64,000 nucleotides of DNA, taken from contig NC_087447.1 of the NCBI RefSeq assembly GCF_036321535.1, positions 34,536,001 to 34,600,000 on the forward strand. The letters run 5' to 3'. Positions 1-12,063 of the stretch are shown in pieces. Positions within the stretch are counted from its first letter, which is position 1. The number at the start of each line of letters is the position of its first letter. The notes under the pieces were generated by a model. That model ran no database searches. It saw only the letters and a program-made list of their open reading frames with translations, and was not told the origin of the DNA. This DNA is from Camelus dromedarius (taxonomy: Eukaryota). A program made the position numbers and the translations under genes.

Positions 1-39
1 TCAGGCTTCATGTCTTTATTAATCCTCATGCCAGGAGCA

Positions 40-245
40 CTGTACTTAACGGGTGAGAGCTTGGGCTCTGGACTGCCCGGGTTTGAATCCTGATGTTGTC
101 ATCTGCTAGCTGTGTAACCTCAGGCAAGTGTCTTCACCTTTCTGTGTCCTCACTTACAAAGTTAGGATAACAATTTATTCACTTCCTAGGGTTGTTATAA
201 AGGTTAAATGAGATGATGGATATAAAAATCAGGACACACAGGTGG
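40..245 (+). mobile_element. MIR SINE
   Basis: GGGTTTGAATCC B box, TAGCTGTGTAACCTCAGGCAAGT, AGGGTTGTTATAAAGGTTAAATGAG match the MIR consensus. Confidence 0.85.
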
Positions 246-329
246 AAATCTTCAAAAATGGCAGCTTTATTATTATAATTTTAGTAATATCATCATCATA
301 GCAACCGCGTAGTACACGTCCACAATGTT

Positions 330-500
330 CCAAAAACTGAGCTAAGTATTCCATATACTTTATCTTGAATGCTCCCACAAGTTTAGTATAATGACCCTTA
401 TTTTTTAAATGAGGAAGCAGAGGCTCAAAGGAAATAAGTGATACAGCTATTAAGTGACAGAGAGAAGATTCAAACCCAGGCTCCAAAAGCAGTCCCCTCT
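330..500 (-). mobile_element. MIR SINE
   Basis: AAATGAGGAAGCAGAGGCTCA...GATTCAAACCCAGG (reverse MIR core and B box). Confidence 0.8.
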
Positions 501-1004
501 CTGTTTCTATCCCAAATTAGCCACTTTTCATCAAAGCGCTGTAAAATCCTGTTAATTACGACTAATGAGAATGAGGTCCTATGCACTACCTGTTCACTGA
601 TTTGCAGATTTTTAATATCATTCCTTGCCCCAGGAGAACTCTCCAGGGGACCATCATTACCATACAATTCTTTGGGGGAAGTGAAACAACAGCTGGCCCT
701 GCCAATCACCATGGCAACACTCCTGTAAGTACAGGGAATCATGTCAACAGAAAAAATTTATACATACATGTATGTTCTCTATTTGCCCTTAATCTCTGTG
801 TTATACATTGACTTGCTGATGGCACCATCAGGGCTCAGGTAGAGGTGTTTTCAATCAGCTTCAAGATCCCTCCCCCTCATCTGATGTTTCCAAGATCCCA
901 TCAAGCTGGGCACAGGCAGGGAGAGAGGTTGCTAGGGAAAGGGGAACATTGCCAAGCTCTGGCCCACAACAGCACTTGCTTCGCTCTGGCAGCAAGTGTG
1001 GGGA

Positions 1005-1182
1005 TAGGGATGGTGTGACGGGTGTGTGACCCGTTCGGTAGCACAGGGCCCTGCACTCAGAAACGGCTCACGCCTGGTTTAATACTCTGCTGACACCATC
1101 TCGAAATTCTCAATAACCTTTGAACAAGGGGTCTCACATGTCCATTTTGCAGTGAGCCCCACGAATTATGCAGCATGTCCTG
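1005..1182 (+). mobile_element. hAT-Tip100 non-autonomous DNA transposon, MER45A-like
   Basis: 178 bp collinear with recalled MER45A consensus (GCACAGGGCCC...GGTTTAATACTCTGCTG...GAAATTCT...TGAACAAGGGG...AATTATGCAGC...TCCTG); degenerate flanks TGTGGGGA/TGTGAGAG. Confidence 0.75.
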
Positions 1183-1380
1183 TGTGAGAGGCAAGTGATA
1201 GCCAAGCATTTGCTGCATTTCCTTCCTGGTCGGCATTTTCTCCCTCTTTTCACCTCCATCTCAGATCTGCCAATCCACCCAGCACTCTAGCTTAAGAGTT
1301 TTTAATCAAAACTCAATGGTCTTCCTCTAGGAAATGCACCTATGACAATGTCACCAGAATGGAGTTGCTCATAACTCTAC

Positions 1381-1547
1381 AAATAATAGTTGCTCTGTGT
1401 GTATTGCCTGCTAGGTGCCAGGTACCACGCTCAACTAGGACTAATATTATTTCTGATCAGGAGGATGGAGAGGTACTATCAGCCCCATTTCACAGTTGAG
1501 GATATGAAGGCTTAGAGAGATTCAGTAACACTCCCAAGGTCACACAG
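1381..1547 (-). mobile_element. MIR SINE
   Basis: GTGCCAGG...AGGTACTATCAGCCCCATTTCACAG...CCCAAGGTCACACAG. Confidence 0.85.
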
Positions 1548-2049
1548 TACTTAAATCTGATGACTTTTCCCAAAGGTCCTTCTCAAAGGCTGCTGCTGTG
1601 CCTGACCTGGGCCCAGGTGGTTCTACCATTTGTGCAGATGACTTAGAAGTCCCAGGAGTGCGGGCCCTTCCCAGCCGCATGCCCAGAGTTTCTGGCCTTT
1701 TCCAGACTTGGATGAAACACCATCCGTTCTGGTGTGGGAACTGACATCCTGGGAGGCTGCTGACAGGACTTGGGGGACACAATCTTGAAATGCAGAAGAG
1801 TAAATACCCCACTGGACACACTGACTAATGGGAAATAGGAGTTAAGAGGGAGCTGGGCACATCTATTCCCTCTTCCTCCTCTCTCCGTGGACTAATTCTG
1901 TCATGTGCAAGAAAAGGAAGCCCCACTAGCACAATGTATTCCCACTGCAGGGAACCAGAATGCAGAGGGGGCAGGAGGCTGAGTCTGGGAGCCCAGCAGA
2001 CCTGAGTTGAACCTGGAACTCCATCACTTTCCATCTCTGAACCATGAGG

Positions 2050-2200
2050 AGTAATTCAGCCTCTCTGTGCCTGAGTTTCCTCATGTAAGAAAACAGGGGC
2101 ATAATATCATCTTTCAAGGGAGGTGTGAGGATCTAATGAGATCATGTGCGTAACACGTGGAGCACGGACCCTCCCCCACCCCTCATCAGTATCTGCTCAA
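2050..2200 (+). mobile_element. MIR SINE fragment
   Basis: CCTCTCTGTGCCTGAGTTTCCTCATGTAA core followed by GTGAGGATCTAATGAG. Confidence 0.85.
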
Positions 2201-2479
2201 AATGCAGTTTCCCCTGCCCTGTCCTCCGTGTTGGTGGTGAGGACTATCTGCAGAGGCAGGTTTGGCTTTAGCCCTGGGCCCTGTTGGGTTTGGTCGGAAA
2301 GCACTAGTGGTCACTCCAAACTGTTCTCATTCTTGGCAATTGGGACTGGGAGAACAAGACCTCGAGGCCTTCTCCCAAAATCAGAGATTCACACACTCTC
2401 ATCCCTGAAGCATACCTGCCAGATAACATAGCTCCAGCTTTCACACTGGACTGCTTTGAAAATCTTTCAGGAATGGTCA

Positions 2480-2600
2480 TTCAGTTTGGACTTGAATACC
2501 TCTAGTGACAAGAAATTCACTCCCTCACAAAGGCACACAGGCAGCACATCTCATTTTTACACAGCCCTGACGTGAATAAAATATTTACTTTGCTTTCTGA
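2480..2600 (-). mobile_element. L3/CR1 LINE 3' fragment
   Basis: CTTGAATACCTCTAGTGACAAGAAATTCACT...GGCAGC...CATTTTTACACAGCCCTGA resembles the recalled CR1/L3 3' region. Confidence 0.6.
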
Positions 2601-2799
2601 TCAGGCCCGGAACCTTTGACAGGTGGGGAGCTCCAGAGTTCTATAACATAATAGAATCAAAGCCTTCACAGCTCCTGTGTATATGTCACCACCATAAGCC
2701 TAGAAGAGATCTTTGAAAAAGACAATATAGAACTCACTTGAGTAAGTACCATGTTTACACAGCACTTTGTGTCCACATGTCATAGTCATAAGAACAGGA

Positions 2800-3222
2800 T
2801 CACTGAGGAGATTAAAGATCACAAATCCTCTGACGCTTCGTCTAACCAGGGATGACGTGTATGTCCCATCCCCTCGAATCTAGGCAGACTCTGTGTCTTC
2901 TCAGACCAAGAGAATATGGCAGAAGGGACACTGTGCCAGTTTGCAGAGTCAGGCTTTATCAAGCTGGCAGGTCACATTCCCTACCATCTGGAACATTGTC
3001 TCTGAGAACACTGGACGTCAAAGCGGAAGCCACCATGCTGATGCAGCCACATGCAGATGCTCCAGTGACAGTCCTGGCTGAGCCTCGCCTTTAAGTCATC
3101 CCTCCAGTCAAGGCACATACATGTGAGTGACATTGTTTTGTACCTTCCACATCAGCTCATCACTAATTTCAAGCCACTGAATTTTCAAGTGATGTGTTAA
3201 GCAGTAAGATATAACTGGAACC
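2800..3222 (+). mobile_element. ERVL-MaLR solo LTR (MLT1F/G-like)
   Basis: CCCCTCGAATCTAGGCAGACT...AGAATATGGCAGAAG...CTGTGCCAGTTT; 3' end TTTCAAGCCACTGAATTTT...ATAACTGGAAC. Confidence 0.8.
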
Positions 3223-3429
3223 ATCACATCCTCATCTAACAGATGAAGAGACAGAGGCAGAACAAGGTAAATGAGTGCCTAGACAATTGAGCTCCAACAG
3301 TTGGGGCTGGAACCCAAGATATCTCATTTTCAGTCCTAAGTTTCTACTTTCTTGATGACACTATGAACACGTACAACCATCAGCAGCAAAGAGCACTCAC
3401 TATTCACTTTAATTTTAGCTAACGTAACA

Positions 3430-3690
3430 TTATCTGGCACTTCTATAGCCTGGTGTCAGTGAAATTCTTTCTAAGTGCTTTATGCCCATTTCCTTGCTTA
3501 ATCCACACAATAACTCTATGAAGTAAACTATCATAATCTCTAATTTATAGACAGGGAAATTGAGGCAAGGAATGATTAGGAAACTTGCAAAAATTCATGT
3601 CACTAGAGAGGAGCACAGCAGGGATTTGATATCCCTGAGCCCGGATGTTTTGGCCCCTGAGACCACGCACGTAACCACTGAGGCATACTG
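3430..3690 (-). mobile_element. MIR SINE
   Basis: TTAATCCACACAATAACTCTATG...GAAATTGAGGC...GGGATTTGA. Confidence 0.8.
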
Positions 3691-4486
3691 TCACTCAAAA
3701 AAGCCAAGGCATCTGAGGTTTCTTCAACTCAGAGGTGATCCGAACTCATGGCCACTGCATATATGGCATGTGGCTCAGTGCCAAATTGGCTTCCACCATG
3801 GGTTTTTAAGTTTTGAGAGAGCTCCAGAAGCTTCTGGGAGACTTGGAACCACCAATGGTTTACTTACAACCCAGAGCAAAGCTATAAAGGACGTAGATTC
3901 CCGATTTCCAGCTGGGTGAAGGAAAGCATCTTTGTGTCTGCCTGAAACCCTGACAGAGAAGCCGGGCCACCCAAAGAATGCCGTAGTTAATTTCCCAGCG
4001 CACACGATCGCCTGTGGGGAGAGGAGGCGCCGGCTCATTTCTTATTCATGAAGTCACACTGCCAAGCTTCATTTGCATGAAGTAATTTCTGCTGCTGCTG
4101 CTACCCCGCCATAAAATAAATCCATTTCTCCCACAAGATCTGTTCCCTTTACACCAGGAGAGATGAGTAAGCAATACATGCTGAAGGAACACACCCTTTG
4201 GACCATTTTAATCAGAAACATGTCTGTAGCTAACAATAAGTGATTTTATGGGAATATAAAATATCTCGAACTCAAAGTACTCCAGAGCAGCTCTGCCCAA
4301 AGATCTGTCTTGGGAAGTGCTTACCACTCCTTTCTACTTGGCCAAATGCTGAGGTTTTACAACCAGTGGAGTTGTGGAACTAGCCACTGCACCATTGTCC
4401 AGAAGAAAAAAAAAGAAGAAGAAAGGGAGGGGGGTCAATAACCTGCCAAATCCTAATGAGTTACTGGAAACGTAGATGACCCTTTG

Positions 4487-4981
4487 CATGTCAGGCAAAA
4501 CAGTGTTCCTGCAAAGATGTCCACATCCTAGTCACTGGAACCTGTGAATACGTTACTTTATGTGCAAAAGGGACTTAGTGAATGTGGTAGGGACCTTGAT
4601 CTGGGAGAGTATCCTGGATTTCCCAGTGAGCCCAATCTGATCATGTGAATCCTTAAAAGTGGAGAGGCTTTCCTGACAGTAGTCAGTCAGAGAGATGTGA
4701 CTACAAATGAATGACCAGAGAGGTATCATGCTGTTGGCTTTCAAGATGCAAGAAGTGGGCCATGAACTAAGAAACACGGGCACCATCCAGAAGCTGGAAA
4801 CATCTAGGAAACACATTTGCCCCCAGATCCTCCAGAAAAAAAACACAGCCCTCCTGATACCTTGATTTTGAGACTGTCAGACTCCTAAACCACAGAATCG
4901 TAAAACAATAAATACCTTTGTGTTGTTTTAAGCCACTAAGTTCGTGTTAATTTGTTACAGCACCCATTGAAAACAAATACA
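4487..4981 (+). mobile_element. ERVL-MaLR solo LTR (MLT1D-like)
   Basis: AAAGATGTCCACATCCTA...GGAACCTGTGAATACGTTAC; end TGTTGTTTTAAGCCACTAAG...AATACA; 5 bp flanks CTTTG/CTTTA. Confidence 0.9.
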
Positions 4982-5384
4982 CTTTACATCAAGAGTTCTC
5001 TCTACTACTCGCTAGCTGTTTGATCCTGCCTGAGTGACCCCACCTGTAAGAGATACTGTTCCTGAGAAAATCAGAATAATTTAGATAAAGTATTTGAAAG
5101 TTTTCTAAGTATTAAAGTGCATGTGGAAGTAAGCGTTTACTATCATTAATATTATTATTCCAGCTGACTACAGTCTAAGAGAGACAGCCAGTAAAGATGG
5201 CTAAGACTTTCCAATTCATAATGCTTCAAACCATTTAAGCAATGATCATTTAATGCCAGCTTCCTCCTGATCAGATATTTTCCCATAGGTGAGAAAAAGA
5301 AAAAGAAAAAAAAAGACAAGAAGTGCTTCATAATTTCTCCTGGCCATTTTTTAAGATCTTATCACAATATTAATCAGGGAGGAG

Positions 5385-5849
5385 TGTATCAGCTATTTAT
5401 TGCTACAATGATGCTACATAACAAAATACCCCAAAAGTCTGCTGCTGAAAACAATAAGCATTTATTTTGTTCATGAGTCTGTAGGCCTGTGATTTAGGCT
5501 GGGCTTGGCTGGCCGTACCCCAGCTCTATCTATGAACTGGTGGTCAGATGACTGTTGGGTTGCTCAGCTCCTCTCTACACGCCTCTCACCCTCCACCAGG
5601 ATAGACTGAGCCTCTTCTCATGGCAATGGAATAGGAGCAAGAGCAAGAGTAGGGTTATGCCAACATCTTTTTAAGCCTCTGCGTGTGTCACAACTAACAT
5701 CCTATCGGCCAAAACACGGTACGAGTCCAGCCTTAGAAGCAAGAAAGCAGTTGTTCAGTGAAAGAAAATACAAAGGCATGTGGCAAAGGTTTGTATATAC
5801 ATCCATATAAACACATGGATATATGTATCCATCCCAAGAGCATGGATGT

Positions 5850-5885
<36 letters not shown>

Positions 5886-5919
5886 GAGTTGGGGCCATTG
5901 ATACAGTTAATCTACTACA
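5385..5919 (-). mobile_element. ERVL-MaLR solo LTR (MLT1H/J-like)
   Basis: starts TGTATCAGCTATTTATTGCTACAATGATGCTACATAACAAA, ends AATCTACTACA; TG...CA termini. Confidence 0.8.
5852..5883. repeat. (TG)16 microsatellite inside the LTR
   Basis: direct reading. Confidence 0.98.
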
Positions 5920-6089
5920 GAGAAGAAGAACAAAGAAAACTGGGTCACCTTTACTTGAGATTTATTAAGCACCTGCTGTAAGCGAGAAACTCATCTAGTG
6001 GACAGAGAAATAAACATAACCTATCTTATGCAGTGAACTTATGTTTTAATAGAATGTCTAAGATGAGTGTTTACAGGCCAAAAGTACAG

Positions 6090-6325
6090 CATATGGTGCA
6101 TGTCCACGACATGCCAGGCCCAGGCCAGTCACTGGGGTACAGTGTAAATATTATGTTATCTCATTTACTCCACACAGTATCCCTGAAAGCTGGGCACTAT
6201 GCTCATCCCTATTTAATTGACAGGGTGGTCAAGGCTGAGCAAGGTTAAGCTGCGTACATGCCCGGGTTCCAGATTCTGAGCTACATCTATCTCATTCCGA
6301 AAACCCAGGTCCATTCTACTGCACT
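6090..6325 (-). mobile_element. MIR SINE
   Basis: ATGCCAGGC...TTATCTCATTTACTCCACAC...GGCTGAGCAAGGTTAAG. Confidence 0.7.
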
Positions 6326-7084
6326 CTGGAAAGTGTTCCTCCACTGACTCGACAGCTACTTCAGTGCCAGGCAATGTTCACATCTCCTTGGAAATGACTC
6401 ACGACACACTCCTCCCAGCATCTATCAGACACCATCAACTGCAAACAGATTCCCTGCCCTCTTCCACCTTTACTCCATGGGGTCATCATGGTTGAGAGAT
6501 AATAACTAGCTCCTTAAAAAAAAAAAAAAGAGAACAACAAAAACCCTCTAGGAGAAACAATTCATCATCATTACTGTAACCTCTGGTTCACTTCAGTCCC
6601 AGGTTCCTGGTCTTTTATTTATAGTGCCTTCACAGTGGTTCCACGCCATTAACTGCTCACCATTTAGGCCAATTAGATGAGGTTAGCACTCCTGGAGAAA
6701 TCACCTTACCCAGGTGGTAAAGGCAGCTGTGTCTGCCTAGGGTGCTGGCTCTGCCCTCCAAGAAATATAACAACCCAGAGGTGGTCTGAGCAGGCTGGCT
6801 GGGCTGTGTGGCTCACAGAAAATGGATGGACTAGAGACAGATGTTAACCGTGGATTTATTTCAACAAAACAGATTTGAACACGATGAGAGGTTAAACTGA
6901 TGGTTTAACCATAGTACCTTGCTACTAAGTGAGGAAAAACCTTGGGGGAAAGCTACTTTAATAACAGAGCTGTCAACCTAGTGAATTAAACCTGGCTGAG
7001 CAAAGCTATGCACATCTGAATGTGGCGTGACACTCACCAGCACATGCCGAGCCCGGATTATGAGCTGCTTGAGACCAAGGACCC

Positions 7085-7275
7085 TAGTGTGCCATCTTTG
7101 GGAACCAGCAGACAGTAGTAGCATGGTCAGTATTTGAGGGAATGAACGTGTGGATGAATGAACAGATGGCTGGAGGATGGCTGGACAGGCAGATGGATAG
7201 ATGAATGAACATAACAGGACAAATATGGGGATGAACAGGTAGGAGTAAATGTCTGTGGAATAAATACATGGATGT
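7085..7275 (+). mobile_element. L2 3' tail running into degenerate (TGGA/TGAA)n repeat
   Basis: TATTTGAGGGAATGAA...GGATGAATGAACAGATGG...GATGGATAGATGAATGAA. Confidence 0.55.
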
Positions 7276-7719
7276 GACTTTTTTTTTAATTAGGTAAAGT
7301 TTCACAATATTTATGTGGGGGTGGGTGGGAACAGGGAAAGTACCTCCTGCATGTCAATACCATGTATTTTTTCTCATTTTATTCTAAGGGCGTCTCTCCG
7401 GAGTTAGCTTAATCACCTCCTGTTTATAGAAAGGGACGCTGAGGCTCAGGGGTTACATCAAAGGGCCTGGCCAAAGAGGGTTCAAACCTAAGTCTGCCTA
7501 TTTCCTCAAGCCTGTGCCCTCCCCACTAGGAGTCAGGAGAACTTTCAGGAACCTAGTTTTGTAGCTGAGGAAACTGAGGCAGGGAGAAGCACATGATTTG
7601 ACCACAGCCATCAGTGGGCTGTGCACAAAAAGGGCTTCAGGGCTGCCTAGATCTGTTGTCCTCTTGCCCAGAGGAGCCACACGGTGAATGGAGACAGCCT
7701 GGAGAGACTGGGGCCATCA

Positions 7720-7900
7720 GGGTGGCATACAGAGTGCCTGGGGCCTGGGCTCTGGAGCAGGCTGCCTGTGTTTGAATGCTGCTCCATCACTTCCCAAGAA
7801 CAAGTGACTTAACTTCCTGATGCCTCAGGTCCCTTATCTGTAAAATTAGGACGATGATAAAACAACCTCAGCCTGATAGCGAGCACTCCATGAGCTCTGA
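7720..7900 (+). mobile_element. MIR SINE
   Basis: GGCTCTGGAGCAGGCTGCCTG...CAAGTGACTTAACTT...TGCCTCAG...ATCTGTAAAA. Confidence 0.85.
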
Positions 7901-8504
7901 CAGGATCCGGCTCAGAATAAACCAGAATGTTAGCGATCTCTCTGAGTCTGCTGCTCCAAGCTCCCTTTTTGTTGCTCGCTGCTCCAAAGCCAGCAACTCC
8001 CAACTCAACACGGCACTTGAGCCGAAGGGGCCTCATGGAGGGTTTTCTGCCAATTGATGTCTGAGAGTAAGAGCTGGGCTAACAGAGACATTCTGAAAGG
8101 GAATTGCATTTTCTCTCTGTGGCTTTCAGGGCACAAGTTCAGGCGGCGGGCTCACCTTTTGGTTAGAAAAATTCATTCATCCCCACTTGATGATGAATGA
8201 CTCGTGAACACTCAGAGCCTCAGGGACCCTGGGCCAGGGGCTGCAGCTGTTCGTCTAACCGTGGAAAAGTAAGGACCAAAGTTTTAAACAGGAAAGTAGC
8301 CTGGGTAAATCTGAGGCTATAAAAAGCCAAGTAATAGCAAACAGATTAGACTATCCTCACATTCTAAAATGGTCTGCTCAGCAGGGTATTTTTTTCCAGT
8401 ACCTTCTGATACCTTCAGTCTCTGTCATGGGGCCCAAGCCCAGACACAGCGGAGAGACCTACCCATTATGAGACACCTACTATGCGCCACGACTATGTTT
8501 TATT

Positions 8505-8730
8505 TCACAAATAGCTTACACAGCACTTAGAATGTGCCAGACACAGCGCTAAGCATTCTATAAAAATGAACTCATTCAATCTTTATCACAGCCCCGTGAG
8601 GGAGGGACTATTATTGTTGCCATTTTGCAGAGGCAGAGAGGCACAAAGAGGTGAAGAAACTTGCTCAGAATCAAGTAGCCAATATCTGGTAACACCAGGA
8701 ATCAACCCCTTAACTACTGCACTTTGGAGT
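8505..8730 (-). mobile_element. MIR SINE
   Basis: AGCACTTAGAATGTGCCAGACAC...CTCATTCAATCTT...CCATTTTGCAGAGG...GAGGCACAAAGAGGTGAAGAAACTTGCTCA. Confidence 0.9.
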
Positions 8731-9038
8731 GGGTACCTGCTGGGAAGGGCACTGTGCACCAAACAGCACCTAGAAAGATGGCTAGTATTAGTCTCCACAT
8801 TACAGTGAGGGATCTGAGGTATAGGAAGATTAAATAGCAGGTCAAAGGACAACTAGGGAAATTCTGAGTTAACCCCAGGTCTGGGTCCCCTCCATTGTCA
8901 TTAGGAGCTGACCTAGTCTTTAACAAAAATAGTTAAGTAGACTGCTTTTTCTTTTTTTAAGTGATCACTTATGATAAATTTTCTGAAATAATGCTAATTT
9001 CCTGTCATTTTAAAAATTGATTTTCATTAGTTGCCTAT

Positions 9039-9479
9039 TATGGTAGCCATCCCCAAGATGGCCTCGGTGATCCTGGTCTGCGAGTATCCGTGTCCTGGTA
9101 TAGCCCTTTCCTACTCTGCACAGGACTGACCTGTTCAATACATAGGATGCTGCAGACCTGACGCTGTGTGGCTTCCAAGGCTGGATGGCAAAATGCACTG
9201 GGGCTTCCGTCTTGCTCTTCCTGAGTTACTTGCTTTGGAGGATGTCAACTGCCTTATTGTCAGGACACTCAGGCAGCTCTTTGTAGCTGAATCTTCAGAT
9301 GACCATCACCCTGGCTGCCGTCCAGACAGCAACCTCCTGGGAGACCCTGGGCCCGAACCACCCAGCCAAGCCACTCCCAGATTCCTGACCGTCAGAAACT
9401 GTGAGAGGATAATAAATGTTTATTGTTTTAAGCCACTACATTTTGGGGTAGTTTATTACACAACAGATAACTAATTACA
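9039..9479 (+). mobile_element. ERVL-MaLR solo LTR (MLT1F-like, internally deleted)
   Basis: CAAGATGGCC...; GAACCACCCAGCCAAGCCACTCCCAGATTCCTGACC...AGAAACTGTGAG...TTGTTTTAAGCCACTACATTTTGGGGTA...CAGATAACTAAT. Confidence 0.9.
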
Positions 9480-9829
9480 TATCTAAACATGATTTTTGGT
9501 ACCTTTTAAAGGTGTTTTTTTGAATCAGAAAAATTCTGAGAATGTGTCTCAATATTTTATTTGGAAAAAACAATCACACTGTGACTCTGATTCTCACCTA
9601 AAGCCATGCCCCCTGTCTTTCTCTGCCCCTAGTTTGTAGAGAAATCCCCTCTTTTCAGCCTTTCTATTCTTAGAAATCCCCTTCTCTTTTTGGGTCTCAG
9701 CTGAATCCACAGTGGATGAGAGGTATGGAGCAATGTAATCTCTAAATCCAACAGCATACTTGCCCCCTCCATTCTCTGTCCTGCCCTCTGTCTCACTGGC
9801 CCTCTCTCACCTCTGCTGACCATCACCTT

Positions 9830-10096
9830 ATGGTTGCTACAGAGAAGCCTTGGTAGCAACATCTGCCACTTCCCCTCCCCCAGCACTGCCACTCTCCTTC
9901 CCAAGTTTTTTTTTTCTCTGTAGGGTTTATTACATCACACACAAACAAGTGCGCAAACACACACACACATACAAGGTTGATTATCATCTTGTCTCCCATC
10001 CACACATTTAAGCTCCATGAGGACAGAGATGCAGCTGTGCCTAGAACACTTCCTAGAATGCAGCTCCTCCCTCAGTGCTTGTTGAATGAATGAAAG
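9830..10096 (+). mobile_element. L2 LINE 3' end
   Basis: TGTCTCCC...TAAGCTCCATGAGGACAGAGA...TGCTTGTTGAATGAATGAA. Confidence 0.75.
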
Positions 10097-10154
10097 CTTG
10101 TTCATGTTCAAGTCCTCCAGTATGTTCTGCAACCTACAGGTGTTATTCAATATA

Positions 10155-10405
10155 TTTAACAAGCTGTATGTGACCAGTCAGTGTCACCTCCTCCAGGCAC
10201 TCTTCCCTGTCCCAGTCTTAACTGTGGGCCCTTCTGTGCTCTCACAGCTGGGTTTGCTTCCATCTCTCAGAGCAGGAGACACGGCACACAGCAGTGGTCT
10301 GTGGAGAGCCTGTCACTTCCATCTGAGTCTGTGCACCTAGACCCTGCTTCATGCTGGCTGCCCTAACCATGAGCCTGGTGCTCAGTTGTTGAATTGAATG
10401 AAGGA
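10155..10405 (+). mobile_element. L2 LINE 3' fragment
   Basis: TGTCACCTCCTCCAGG...CTTCCCTG; tail GTGCTCAGTTGTTGAATTGAATGAA. Confidence 0.6.
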
Positions 10406-10949
10406 AAGAGCCAAGGCAAGATAAGAAAAAAAAACAAATACGGAGAAAACAGCTTTCCTGAGGGAACTCATTTTCCTGATCAGTCACTGGCTGATCAGAG
10501 AGCTGAGGTCATTCTGTGACCTGAGGGGCTGACCCCTCTCAACTGTCCAGCCACAGAGTTGCCCATGAGTCCCCTGGAGACCAGGCCTTGGCAGGCCTGC
10601 CTGTCCAAGTTTCCCTGTCAGGTGGCCCCTGATCTGTCCCCAGGACTCTTCCCTGAGGGACAGAGAGGAAGCCCAGCAGGGGCAGAGGGGAGAAGGGGTG
10701 CAGTGGTTTTGTTCAGGAGCTCAGACATCATGAAAGCGCAGGGGTGAGCTGGCATCTGCAGGAGGCTGATTAGGAGTGGGGAGAGAGGACTGGAAAGAGG
10801 GGGACGGGGACTCAAAGGTAAGCTGAGCCACATCCTCCACAGCCACAGCCACAGCCACATGGGCCCTCCTGCTCTGTCCAGCAACTCTACTCCCGTAGGA
10901 AGGAGTGAGCCAAACCGTGCCGGGCAAGTGCTCAGGATTCTGGGGCACC

Positions 10950-11092
10950 CAGTGGTTTTCAACTAGGCTGTACTTCAGAATCACCTGCAAAACGTCTTGC
11001 AGTGATTCAGGAAGCCTGGGGTGTGGTCCTGGCATCTGTACAGTTAAGCCCCGCAGGTGAGTCTGATGTGTGAAGTGAGCTGAGAACGTCCA
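10950..11092. mobile_element. MER5-like hAT-Charlie element
   Basis: CAGTGGTTTTCAAC...CAGAATCACCTG...CAGGTGAGTCTGATG...TGAGAAC. Confidence 0.8.
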
Positions 11093-11104
11093 CATTTAAA
11101 CACA

Positions 11105-11320
11105 AGCTTTGCAACCAGACACATCTAGGTTCAAACCCTGGGCTCAGCTACTAATGCCCTGTGTGGTACTGACTCCGAGCCTTACTCTCCTCATCTGTAA
11201 AATGGAGACAACTTTATAAAGAGATTGAGGATTAAATGACATATCGACACTGCTTAGCAAAGAGTACATATTTATTCAGTGTATAGTAAGTACTAGTGTA
11301 GTAAGTACCGCTCAAAGAAA
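11105..11320 (+). mobile_element. MIR SINE
   Basis: GGTTCAAACCCTG...CCTCATCTGTAAAATGG...TGAGGATTAAATGA. Confidence 0.85.
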
Positions 11321-11353
11321 GGTTTGGGGCTTAGGGAGAATAAGAATCTATGG

Positions 11354-12063
11354 GCCAACTGTGGAAAACAGTATGGAAATTCCTTAAAAAACTAAAAATA
11401 ATCCTACCATATCATCCAGAAATCCCACTCCTGGGCATACATCTGGAGGGAACTCTAATTCGAAAAGATACATGCACCCCAATGATCATAGCAGCACTAT
11501 TTACAATAGCCAAGACATGGAAGCAACCTAAATGTCTATCGACAGATGAATGGATAAATAAGATGTGATATTTTATCTATCATTCTATCTATCTAGATAG
11601 ATACACACAATGAAATATTAATTAGGTATTAAAAAGATGAAATGATGCCATTTGCAACACAGATGGACCTAGAGATTACCATACTAAGTGAAATAAGTTA
11701 GAAAGAGAAAGACAAATATCACGTGATATCACTTATATGTGGAATCTAAAAAAAAAAGCAATACAAATGAACTTATTTACAAAACGGAAACAGATTCATA
11801 GACTTGGACAACAAATTTATGGTTACCAAAGGGAAAAAGACGGGGGAGGGATAAACTAGGAGTTTGGGATTAGCAGACACAAACTATATATATAATAGAT
11901 AAACAACAAGGTCCTAATGTATAGCCCAGGGAACTATATTCAATACCTTGTAATAACCTATAATGAAAAACATGAAAAAGAATATATATATATAACTGAA
12001 TCACTATACTGTACACCAGAAACTAATACAACATTGTCAATCAAATAAACTTCAATTAAAAAA
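11354..12063 (+). mobile_element. 5'-truncated L1 LINE (ORF2 C-terminal remnant plus 3' UTR and A tail)
   Basis: ORF 11350-11568 reads LWKTVWKFLKKLKI.LPY.PEIPLLGI...DTCTPM.IAALFTIAKTWKQPKC...DEWI.KM, typical of the L1 ORF2p end; artiodactyl-type 3' UTR; TSD AAGAATCTATGG (11342-11353) / AAGAACCGATGG (12064-12075). Confidence 0.95.

Noticed and set aside
11350..11568. 72 aa ORF as a host gene
   Set aside because: It is the C-terminal remnant of L1 ORF2 inside a truncated L1
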